The notes below the pieces were generated by a model. The model searched no databases. It was given only the letters and a program-made list of their open reading frames with translations, and was not told the DNA's origin. Below, in pieces: positions 1 to 8,023 of a stretch of 32,000 nt of DNA. The position numbers were made by a program, and so were the translations under genes. Numbering within the stretch: the stretch's first letter is position 1; each line of letters begins with the position of its first letter. Source of the stretch: Coprobacillaceae bacterium (GTDB lineage: Bacteria; Bacillota_I; Bacilli_A; Erysipelotrichales; Coprobacillaceae); the NCBI GenBank assembly GCA_963675515.1, contig OY776328.1, positions 2,340,001-2,372,000 on the forward strand, read 5' to 3'.

Positions 1-97
1 GTATATTGTTCCTGGATATCACCAGATTATAAAGATCTATCCCGTAAGTATCATTGTTTAAACTCATTTGATACAACCAGTCAAAAGTTTCCTGCAT
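1..97 (-). CDS. Intron-encoded reverse transcriptase/maturase, first ~32 codons only (partial)
   Basis: ATG at 97..95 reads MQETFDWLYQMSLNNDTYGIDLYNLVISRNNI. The L..I(L)SR.N(L/I) stretch resembles the N-termini of group II intron-encoded proteins, and its distance from the GTGCG 5' end is typical. It is too short to appear in the ORF track. Confidence 0.4.
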   Translation of the reverse strand, partial: MQETFDWLYQMSLNNDTYGIDLYNLVISRNNI

Positions 98-829
98 ACT
101 GTAATATTCGTTGTTTCGTAATCCCGTGCTCACCGATGGATTATTCCTTTCGTTTAGAACAATTGTTTCCCATCATCTTATCAGACCCTGTGAGCTTCAT
201 TTAACTGTAACTGATTTTTAAAGAACCAGACTTGGGGCTATCCCTCCACCATTTTTCGTGGCTTCATCGGTACTGTGCCCCTACTTTCACGAGAATAAAA
301 ACACTTCGTTTACACTTATAGTTACCGTCCCGATAACAGTCGTTTAATAGACGTTTCTCGCTTACAACGTTCCAAATATTCTAGCTTTACATTTATCCTT
401 AGGTTCCTGCTATGAGCCTGATGAATTATACCCTCATTGTCGAGTATCTCGAATTTCATATCAACGATTCTTACTTTTCGATATTCACCGTTGCGCACGC
501 AACATGCCATCTTTCAATAGCACGACTTTCTAGACCCGTACATTCGCAGTTTCGTCAGTCCTTACACGGACATTCTCACCATAGATAATTTATAGCGTCC
601 CGGCCTATCCTTTACCATATGAAATATCACTTAGGTATTGTTCAGCCGACTTCACCTAGCTTCACACATAATTTTACTGTTATAACCTCATGCGTGTAGG
701 AGTATCAGACTACTTGTTTCAGGCTAACATGACAGCCATCATTCCAAGTATTGAATATTCAGTTGTGATTTTCCTATTGGAAAATCCTCCCATTTCATGC
801 CTAGGCACTTATAGGGAAACGTTTCGCAC
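1..829 (-). mobile_element. Group II intron, 5' portion (ribozyme region plus start of the intron-encoded protein ORF); runs off the left edge
   Basis: The minus strand reads ...ACT TTC AAC G|GTGCGAAACG at 830/829. GTGCG matches the GUGYG 5' consensus exactly where GH1 homology stops. About 730 nt follow with no credible ORF, then an RT/maturase-like ORF opens at 97 on the same strand. Confidence 0.65.
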
Positions 830-1418
830 CGTTGAAAGTCAGCCAGTACTTTACCTTGTCTCCGTAATTTTCAAACAGGACCTTGCACAGGCGCAAGTAA
901 CAATCAATCACCACCCGGCTTGACCAGCCGTCGTATTTGTCCGCGAGGACCACCGGAATCTCATCGTGGCAGATTGTAACCAATGGCTCGATGTTCCATT
1001 TGATGCATTCATCGATGACACCCTGGTAGAAGTCGATCCCTTCCTTGTTTGGTTCAGTCTCCTCACCGGTCGGGAAAATCCGGCTCCAGCAGATGGAAAA
1101 GCGCATCGTGGTCGATCCCATCTTCGCCAACAACTCGATATCCTCCTTGAAGCGGTGGTAGAAGTCTACCGCCTGGTGTGAGGGATAGTAGCGTTTTGGA
1201 TCGATATAGCCAACCGCATCATCAGGGATCGAACCGCGCATCGCCATCGCTCCCGTTGACCCGTCTTTTCTCTTGTAATTCATTTCTCGAGGCTTGTGCA
1301 ATGACCCGTCAGTTACGAAATCGCACGTCAGCAGGCCTCTGTTACCTTCGCCAAAGCCGCCTTCATACTGGAAGTCCGCACTGGCGCTGCCCCATAATAA
1401 ATCTTCAGGAAATCTCAT
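830..1418 (-). CDS. Glycoside hydrolase family 1 6-phospho-beta-glucosidase, exon 1 (N-terminal ~196 aa); the rest lies off-window beyond the intron
   Basis: MRFPEDLLWGSASADFQYEGG...YYPSHQAVDFYHRFKEDIELLAKMG...RFSICWSRIFP...KYWLTFN is a typical GH1 N-terminal half up to the TFNE acid/base motif. SD GGAGGA lies at 1428-1433. Confidence 0.8.
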
Positions 1419-1433
1419 TATCTCTGTCCTCCT

Positions 1434-1474
1434 AAAAAAATAATACCAAAATGTATCCGTTTACATTTTGGTAT
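1434..1474 (-). terminator. Rho-independent terminator after rpiR, directly abutting the GH1 SD
   Basis: Perfect 13-bp stem ATACCAAAATGTA / TACATTTTGGTAT (1443-1455 / 1462-1474) with a 6-nt loop, followed on the minus strand by UAUUUUUUU. Confidence 0.7.
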
Positions 1475-1500
1475 TTCATCATTAGGTTCACTGTTTCACA

Positions 1501-2283
1501 TCATGAAACAAAGTATTTGGTTTTGTATTCGATGGCGATTGCGGTCGAATAGAAATTAAGCAGCATGCATGAAGCGAAATTGTAGCTGTCCGCAAGCCTG
1601 ATGTATCTATGGACAAATTTTTCCTCCGGTGAATCATTGACGGTGATCACATATATCTTTGGGATGTTCTTCCTGTTCATGACGTTCTTCCGGGGCAGGA
1701 CGCTGTCGAAAAAAGACGAAGTCGCCGAGAAGACGACTATCAGATCATCGCTTGTGGCCTTTTCGATGATCTTACGCTGCTTGAAGATGTCGCAGACATT
1801 GGCAACTACCTTGTTGAAACTAAGCAGGTCCTTCTGGAGCGAATTTGATATGCAGGACGACTGATACAGCCCCATCAATATCACATTGTCATAATTATGG
1901 ATGTCTTTGACTAGTTCCTCAAGTTCCGCCTGATTGAAGTTATTCTTGAATTTTTCAAGATGGACCATCGACTCATCGATGAAGTCGACCACATTGTTAT
2001 CGCTCTTCGATTCGAATGCGTACTTTTGGGATACCCTTTTGTGGGGCTGATAGGTCGAAATCAGCACCTTCAGGGTGAAAAAATCCTCAAGACCGATGTT
2101 GCGGCAAAAACGGCTGATCGAGGATTTGGACACATTGCAGGCCTTGGCCAAGTCAAGACTTGAACACTTCGACAAATCATAGACATTATGCAATATGTAA
2201 TCCGCGATTATATAATCAGTACTCCCGGGATCTTCCTTTTCGATTACCCCCAGCAATAATCCATGCAGTTCCATTAAAATCAC
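1501..2283 (-). CDS. RpiR/MurR-family transcriptional regulator (N-terminal HTH + SIS domain)
   Basis: SLDLAKACNVSKSSISRFCRNIGLEDF is an HTH_6-type helix-turn-helix. The C-terminal half (VILMGLYQSS...DLIVVFSATSS) is SIS-like. It sits next to a phospho-sugar hydrolase gene. Confidence 0.8.
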   Translation of the reverse strand: MILMELHGLLLGVIEKEDPGSTDYIIADYILHNVYDLSKCSSLDLAKACNVSKSSISRFCRNIGLEDFFTLKVLISTYQPHKRVSQKYAFESKSDNNVVDFIDESMVHLEKFKNNFNQAELEELVKDIHNYDNVILMGLYQSSCISNSLQKDLLSFNKVVANVCDIFKQRKIIEKATSDDLIVVFSATSSFFDSVLPRKNVMNRKNIPKIYVITVNDSPEEKFVHRYIRLADSYNFASCMLLNFYSTAIAIEYKTKYFVS

Positions 2284-2460
2284 CTCTTTGACCAGGATAC
2301 CATATCTTTATTTATCGCTTACTGTAATTTCAAATTATGATGGGTCATCTTTGTGTATTCCCTTATGGATGTAACCTTAGGTGTTGTTTTTTATCCAAAT
2401 GTGTATTTTTGATCTGGTGGAACGATTTGATATCTGCTACAATGCTTCTAGAGGTGGACT

Positions 2461-2847
2461 ATGAAAACAATAAGGGTAGTGGCAGCAATTATCGAAGACA
2501 AGGGAAAAATCCTGATTGCCAGGCGCAGTTATGGCGAATTCGAGGGTCTCTGGGAGTTCCCCGGAGGCAAGATCGAAGAGGGCGAAGATGGGATTGCCGC
2601 ATTGAAAAGGGAAATATTCGAAGAACTTAACGTCCATATTGAGGTTCATGATTTTTTCATGAAAGCCACATTCCAGTATCCGCAATTCTACCTGGATATG
2701 GATTGTTACAGGTGCACCCTGGCCAGCGATGACTTCAGGCTCGATTCCCACAGCCAGATCAGGTGGATCGACACCAATCAGGCGAATATCGATTGGGTAC
2801 CCGCCGATGTGCAGATTATCGAAAGGATGAAAGAACATGGATTGTAA
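2461..2847 (+). CDS. NUDIX hydrolase, MutT-like (8-oxo-dGTP / (d)CTP pyrophosphohydrolase type)
   Basis: Nudix box GGKIEEGEDGIAALKREIFEELNV, a size of 128 aa, and SD GAGGTGG upstream of the ATG. Confidence 0.85.
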   Translation: MKTIRVVAAIIEDKGKILIARRSYGEFEGLWEFPGGKIEEGEDGIAALKREIFEELNVHIEVHDFFMKATFQYPQFYLDMDCYRCTLASDDFRLDSHSQIRWIDTNQANIDWVPADVQIIERMKEHGL

Positions 2848-5617
2848 TATTGAACTGGTTACCAACGATTATGGCAACGGCCAGGTTGTCCTTGACAATC
2901 TTGACAATCAGCTAAGAAACTGCCACAGTTTCGACTTTTCAATCGCATTTGTCAATCAGTCGGGAATATCGATGATCAAGCAGGACCTGCTCGACCTTTC
3001 GTCCCGGAATGTTCAAGGACGCCTGGTGACTTCGACCTACCTTGGCTTCAATTCGCCCGAGGCTTTCAGGGAATTGTTGAAATTCCCGAATATCGAGGTC
3101 AGGATATTCCAGGATGCCGGATTCCATCCCAAAGGTTACCTCTTCTATGGGGACGAAAAGGTCAGCTGCATCGTCGGGTCTTCCAACCTGACCCAAAGCG
3201 CCCTGAAGACCAACCAGGAGTGGAACATATCGTTTTGCGACTACCATGACAGCGACATCATCCAGGAAATAACCGGCCAGTTCGAACGCCAGTGGCTTAG
3301 CAGCGTACCCCTTGATGAGCGGTGGATTGAAGACTATGAACTAAGCTATCAGGCCCCAACAAGTTCCAGAAATCTACAGGCTCCTTCGACAATCAGACCC
3401 AACGCCATGCAGGAACAGGCACTTGGATCGCTGGCATCATTGCGGGAAAACAATAAGAAAAAGGCCCTGTTGATATCGGCTACCGGAACCGGGAAAACGT
3501 ACCTGAGCGCCTTCGATGTAAGGGAAGTGAATCCTGATCGGGTCCTGTTCGTGGTTCATCGGGAAAACATCGCCCGCAATGCGCTTGAATCATTCAGACG
3601 GATCATGCCTGATAAGCGATTTGGACTGTTTACCGGAACGCAAAAGGACGACTGCCCTTACCTGTTTGCGACAATCCAGACAATCGGAAAGCCGGAATAC
3701 TTCAGGCGATTCCAGCCGGACCATTTCGATTATATCATCATCGATGAGGTCCATCGTGCCGGGGCCCACTCTTACCAGGGGCTCATCGATTATTTCAAAC
3801 CCAAGTTTCTTCTTGGGATGAGTGCCACCCCGGAGCGTAATGACGACTTCGACATCTATGCCTTATTCGACCACAATATCGCCTATGAGATCAGGTTGAA
3901 ACAGGCCCTCGAATATGACCTGATCTGTCCTTTCCATTATTTCGGGATAACCGATCTGGTCGTCGAAGGCCAGACCCTTGACGACAATGCCCAGTTCAAC
4001 CTGCTCACCTCGCCAGAACGGGTCGACCACATAGTCAAGAACATCGAACTGTATGGCCATTATGGCAGCAAGGTGCGCGGCCTGATATTTGTGAGCCGCA
4101 ATGAGGAAGCCCGGGAACTGTCATCATTGCTTAATGTCCGGGGCTACCGGACGCTTGCCCTTAGCGGTTCGAGCAGCGAGCAGGAGCGGGAAGATGCGAT
4201 CAGCCGGCTTGAACTTGATGAATGCGATGACTGCCTTGACTACATATTCAGTGTCGACATATTCAATGAAGGAATCGACATCCCCAAAGTCAACCAGATC
4301 GTGATGCTCCGTCCCACCGAATCGGCGATCATCTTTGTCCAACAGCTGGGCCGGGGATTGCGCAAGGTTGAGCAGAAAGATTACGTCGTAGTCCTGGATT
4401 TCATCGCCAATTACCAGAACAACTACATGATTCCCCTGGCGCTTTCGGGTGACCGCAGCTACAACAAGGACATCATGCGCAAGACTCTCATCACCTCGAA
4501 AGCCTTCATCCCGGGCTGTTCAAGCGTGTCCTTCGATGAGATTTCCAAGAAGCGGATATTCAAGTCTATCGACCAGGTCTCATTCAACAGCCTGAGTCTG
4601 CTGAAAAAGGAATACTTCGCCCTTAAAAACAAGCTGGGCCGGATCCCCAACATCAGCGATTTTGACACCTACGATGCGGTGGATATCCAGATAATTTTCG
4701 ACAAGACCAAGAGCTATCATAACTTTTTGGTGAAAAATGACAAGGACTATAAGGTCAGGTTCGATAAAATCCAGGAAAACATGCTTGAGTTTGTCTGCAG
4801 CAAGCTGGCCAACGGCAAAAGGGATAACGAACTGATGATTCTTAAAAAACTGATATTCAAACACGCTTATAAGGTGGACAGTTCGAAGGAAATCAGTGAT
4901 CTGCTTACAAAAAACACCTACAAGGTTCTTACCAATGATTTTTGTGTCAGCTCAAACTCGGTCAAGACCTTCAAACATGCGGTATTTCTTGGCGTCGAAA
5001 ATGGTCATTACCTGATCAGCGAAAGCTTCAAGCAGGCCCTCAAAGATATCGAATTCGCCGACCATCTTTGCCAGGTTGTCGATTACGCCCTCGACCTGGC
5101 AAAAAGAAAATACGGCCATAAATACCCGGGCACGGATCTCACCCTTTATCAAAAATACAGCTACGAGGATGTCTGCCGCCTGCTTGACTGGGATACGAAT
5201 GTTGTCGCGACAAATATCGGCGGCTACAAATACGACAAAAAGACAAACACCCTCCCGGTATTCATCAACTATTCCAAGGAAGATACGATCAGCGAAACCA
5301 TCAAATACGAAGATCAGTTCCTGAATAATCGTACGCTGATGGCATTGTCCAAAAACAACCGCTCCTTGAATTCACCCGATATCCAAAGAATCAAGGATTC
5401 AACCAAAACAGGAACATTGATCCTGCTTTTCGTGAGAAAAAACAAGAACGATTCCCAAAGCAAGGATTTCTATTTTTTAGGCAAGATCGTTCCAACTGGA
5501 GATTTTGAAGAGATTTTGATGAAGAACACCAACTCCAATGCCATCGAGATAACGTATCGCTTGGAAACACCAGTTTTGGACGAGCTATATGATTACCTTA
5601 CAACTGCCATAGACTAA
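2837..5617 (+). CDS. Fusion protein: N-terminal PLD-family (NgoFVII-like) nuclease domain, SF2 ResIII/DEAD-type helicase core, and a C-terminal DUF3427-like domain
   Basis: PLD motif FHPKGYLF..CIVGSSNLT. Helicase motifs SATGTGKT (I), IIIDEVH (II), MSATPER (III) and QQLGRGLR (VI). C-terminal block YSYEDVCRLLDW...LILLFVRKNKNDSQSKDFYFLGKI matches my recollection of DUF3427. The start overlaps the NUDIX stop by 11 nt. Confidence 0.85.
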   Translation: MDCNIELVTNDYGNGQVVLDNLDNQLRNCHSFDFSIAFVNQSGISMIKQDLLDLSSRNVQGRLVTSTYLGFNSPEAFRELLKFPNIEVRIFQDAGFHPKGYLFYGDEKVSCIVGSSNLTQSALKTNQEWNISFCDYHDSDIIQEITGQFERQWLSSVPLDERWIEDYELSYQAPTSSRNLQAPSTIRPNAMQEQALGSLASLRENNKKKALLISATGTGKTYLSAFDVREVNPDRVLFVVHRENIARNALESFRRIMPDKRFGLFTGTQKDDCPYLFATIQTIGKPEYFRRFQPDHFDYIIIDEVHRAGAHSYQGLIDYFKPKFLLGMSATPERNDDFDIYALFDHNIAYEIRLKQALEYDLICPFHYFGITDLVVEGQTLDDNAQFNLLTSPERVDHIVKNIELYGHYGSKVRGLIFVSRNEEARELSSLLNVRGYRTLALSGSSSEQEREDAISRLELDECDDCLDYIFSVDIFNEGIDIPKVNQIVMLRPTESAIIFVQQLGRGLRKVEQKDYVVVLDFIANYQNNYMIPLALSGDRSYNKDIMRKTLITSKAFIPGCSSVSFDEISKKRIFKSIDQVSFNSLSLLKKEYFALKNKLGRIPNISDFDTYDAVDIQIIFDKTKSYHNFLVKNDKDYKVRFDKIQENMLEFVCSKLANGKRDNELMILKKLIFKHAYKVDSSKEISDLLTKNTYKVLTNDFCVSSNSVKTFKHAVFLGVENGHYLISESFKQALKDIEFADHLCQVVDYALDLAKRKYGHKYPGTDLTLYQKYSYEDVCRLLDWDTNVVATNIGGYKYDKKTNTLPVFINYSKEDTISETIKYEDQFLNNRTLMALSKNNRSLNSPDIQRIKDSTKTGTLILLFVRKNKNDSQSKDFYFLGKIVPTGDFEEILMKNTNSNAIEITYRLETPVLDELYDYLTTAID

Positions 5618-5640
5618 AAAAAGCCCATGCGGGCTTTTTC
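5616..5640. terminator. Bidirectional rho-independent terminator
   Basis: AAAAAAGCCC-ATGC-GGGCTTTTT: a GC stem flanked by an A-run and a T-run, immediately after the helicase stop. Confidence 0.7.
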
Positions 5641-5725
5641 ATTTGTACCCGCGGACCAGGAACATCAATACAAGTACCGGGAACAGGGCAATGTAGAAAA
5701 GCATCTTAAACATAAATCTGATCAT
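5639..5725 (-). CDS. Possible 28-aa hydrophobic peptide (MIRFMFKMLFYIALFPVLVLMFLVRGYK)
   Basis: ATG at 5725 is preceded by GAAAGGCAGG 8 nt upstream and lies 19 nt after the DUF1722 stop. It ends at the terminator. It has one predicted TM helix with a basic C-terminus. There is no homology evidence. Confidence 0.25.
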   Translation of the reverse strand: MIRFMFKMLFYIALFPVLVLMFLVRGYK

Positions 5726-5744
5726 AGATAAACCTGCCTTTCAA

Positions 5745-6431
5745 TCACTTGAAATACCTGAAAAGGGTCTGATTCGCCAGATAGTCGCTTCCATAAACGA
5801 TGGAAAGTTCATGAAGGATGCCTACAGGCTCCTTCAATACTACTTTGCCGGCATGGTATGAGTCGAGAATTTCCAGGAAATCCCGCTTTTGTTGCGAATC
5901 CAGCTCATTCTTGAAATAGCCAAACATATGAAGCAGGGTGTTGTTGACTTGCCCTAAAGTAGGAATCCCGCTAAGACAGCGGATCAGAGTGGTCCGGTAT
6001 TCTTCCAGTACGTCATCTTTGCCTTCCCTGTTTTGGCTAACCAGCGACCCCAGAATCTTTTGGTCGACCTGGCTGTACATCATAAGCAGGTATTTGTTTT
6101 CGCTTTGGAATGCAACCAGTTCCGGGAATGCGGAAACATCCCCGAAGTTAGACAAGGTTGCGATTCCAGCACGGACAAAGTCAAGATCACTTGTTTGTTC
6201 AACGAAGTATACCAGGAAATCCATTTTGTAAATAGATTCAGTAGTGGGGAATGATTTTGGCAAGATTAACGCTGCGATATCACTGGTGATTGGAGATTCA
6301 CCCAAACATGACTGGAAATCTTCCGGGTCAAAGAAACGTTTAATTTCATACGATTTTTCCAGGATACCAATCATATCATTGTAAACTGGATCATCACATT
6401 CGAGGGCCAGAATGATCTTTCCTGTACTCAC
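5745..6431 (-). CDS. DUF1722 (YbgA-like) domain protein with an extra ~100-aa N-terminal domain
   Basis: The C-terminal half (KYLLMMYSQ...NNTLLHMFGYFKNELDSQQKRDFLEILDSYHAGKVVLKEPVGILHEL...YLANQTLF) matches the YbgA/DUF1722 pattern. The GTG start overlaps the upstream stop (GTGA). Confidence 0.75.
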   Translation of the reverse strand: MSTGKIILALECDDPVYNDMIGILEKSYEIKRFFDPEDFQSCLGESPITSDIAALILPKSFPTTESIYKMDFLVYFVEQTSDLDFVRAGIATLSNFGDVSAFPELVAFQSENKYLLMMYSQVDQKILGSLVSQNREGKDDVLEEYRTTLIRCLSGIPTLGQVNNTLLHMFGYFKNELDSQQKRDFLEILDSYHAGKVVLKEPVGILHELSIVYGSDYLANQTLFRYFK

Positions 6432-7231
6432 GAATACCAGGGATTTTTACGATTTGACATGTCCCGCGCCAGCAATACCGCTCCTCCAAGTATTATCACA
6501 AATGAAAGAACCAGGCTGCCTAGCACAATCGGGTACTGCCCGTCGAAACCGGAACTCGCCAGATGCTTGATGCCAATTCCGATGTAGGCCCATACCAGTA
6601 CAGCGTTGTAGAAAAATGACCGGTATTTGACGGTCGCCCCAAGTCCGATGGCCGCTCCCACAACCAGGATGATGGCAGTCATCAGCTCCTGCGATAGAGG
6701 ATAGCCCTGGTATCCAAGCGATACAAGGAACACTGTGACATTGGCTATTGTAGCCACTGTGATCCAGCCAAAATAGACGAAAAACGGGATCCGGACAAGA
6801 ATGTTGTCCCTGGCATCGAAGCGCTCATCCTTAAGGATCAAGGCGATCCGGATCAGGCTGACCAGAATTACAGCCATCAAGATTAAAGTCGCGAAGATGA
6901 TCCGGTAGTGCCAGGCGAAAATCCAAAGTGTGTTGGCTATCGAAGAGACAATGTAATACTTGTTTATCTTGGTCACCTTGTCGGACAGATCGTAATCCTG
7001 GCTGGCTTTAAGCTGATAGAGCGTGTATCCACCAAGAAGAAGATAGATCACTCCCCAGATCGCAAAAGTCAGTCCCGTTGGAGCGAACAGGTTCCCATAA
7101 GAATCGGACACCGCTCCGGTAGTGACGTTGTTCAACGGCAAAGCGTTGGCCAGGAAATTGACGACGACCATTGCAATAAAACCAACCAGCGCCACCAATG
7201 ATGTGAATCGGGCATTTTTAGAGACTCTCAT
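6428..7231 (-). CDS. Polytopic membrane protein, TspO/MBR-related (tryptophan-rich sensory protein-like) by recollection
   Basis: There are 7-8 hydrophobic segments. The N-terminal NALPLNNVTTGAVSDSYGNLFAPTGLTFAIWGVIY resembles long Firmicute TspO/MBR-annotated proteins. SD AAGGAGGGAG lies upstream. Confidence 0.6.
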   Translation of the reverse strand: MRVSKNARFTSLVALVGFIAMVVVNFLANALPLNNVTTGAVSDSYGNLFAPTGLTFAIWGVIYLLLGGYTLYQLKASQDYDLSDKVTKINKYYIVSSIANTLWIFAWHYRIIFATLILMAVILVSLIRIALILKDERFDARDNILVRIPFFVYFGWITVATIANVTVFLVSLGYQGYPLSQELMTAIILVVGAAIGLGATVKYRSFFYNAVLVWAYIGIGIKHLASSGFDGQYPIVLGSLVLSFVIILGGAVLLARDMSNRKNPWYS

Positions 7232-7276
7232 AATCTCCCTCCTTTTATATTTATCTTATCAAATTGATTCCATTCA

Positions 7277-7289
7277 GGTAACAGTTACC
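7277..7289. promoter_or_regulatory. Perfect 13-bp palindrome GGTAAC-A-GTTACC in a divergent promoter region (candidate operator)
   Basis: It lies just downstream of a minus-strand extended -10 (TGCTATAAT, 7302-7310) that serves the TspO-like operon. A 1-nt spacer rules out an RNA hairpin. Confidence 0.35.
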
Positions 7290-7381
7290 TTCCTTGATAA
7301 CATTATAGCATACATTATTTGAGTTTGTGTTATAATAAGATTACAAATTTCAACACATTGTATCTTTGGATTGGAGGATAT

Positions 7382-7888
7382 ATGAATAAGAAAGTAATTG
7401 TGAACGACAAGATGCAGCGCAACTATGTCTATTATCTAAGCGAACCGGTTGGCGAAAACTTCCATCCCGATTTCCAGCCGGAACTTACTCCCAGCCAGAT
7501 GCTCGAGCTAGGAGTGTTCGGCGGCAAATACATGAGAGACTGCCAGAAGGAATTCCCGTCCCAATGGTTCGCCAATGCCAAACTGGCAAAGGGAAAAAAA
7601 GACATCAGTCTCAACTTTTTCCAGGTTGATGCCTCGCTTCCACTTCGCCATTGGCAGGAAAAAGGATGGATAAATCACAACGATCCCCGGGGTTGGTTCC
7701 AGTGGTATTGTCGCTATTATATGGGCCGTCGGCTACCAGAAGAAGACCAGCGCCAGATCAGACGATGGCTGGCGATAAAACGTCATGTGGGTGCGATCAG
7801 GAAAAACTGCATCCCGCTGGATCTGGATTGCCGGAAGAAGCAACGCCAGGCGCTGCTCCACTGGGCCTACGACAGCCGCAGAATATGA
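7382..7888 (+). CDS. Conserved hypothetical protein (168 aa)
   Basis: GGAGG lies 6 nt upstream of the ATG at 7382. The motif DPRGWFQWYCRYYMGRRLPEEDQRQIRRW looks like a conserved family that I cannot name. A terminator follows. Confidence 0.75.
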   Translation: MNKKVIVNDKMQRNYVYYLSEPVGENFHPDFQPELTPSQMLELGVFGGKYMRDCQKEFPSQWFANAKLAKGKKDISLNFFQVDASLPLRHWQEKGWINHNDPRGWFQWYCRYYMGRRLPEEDQRQIRRWLAIKRHVGAIRKNCIPLDLDCRKKQRQALLHWAYDSRRI

Positions 7889-7914
7889 AAAAAAAAAGAC
7901 CTTCGGGTCTTTTC
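7889..7914. terminator. Bidirectional rho-independent terminator
   Basis: AAAAAAAAAGACC-TTCG-GGTCTTTT. Confidence 0.75.
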
Positions 7915-8023
7915 ATATATTGGAAATCAACGATCAGGCGTGAGATTTTTGAAAAAGGTATGAAATAGTTGGCAATATAGTAATATAGAAAGTGTATGTG
8001 CCTGACGTTGACTTACAACCATT

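Noticed and set aside
322-923. Track ORFs 322-510 (-) and 690-923 (+) as genes
   Set aside because: They lie inside the predicted intron ribozyme region or antisense to it. They have no SD and no recognisable protein features.
801-1418. Reading the 205-aa GH1 ORF as a simple truncated pseudogene
   Set aside because: The homology break coincides exactly with a GTGCG group II intron 5' end, and an RT-like ORF follows on the same strand. Interruption by an intron explains it better. Decay is not excluded until exon 2 is seen.
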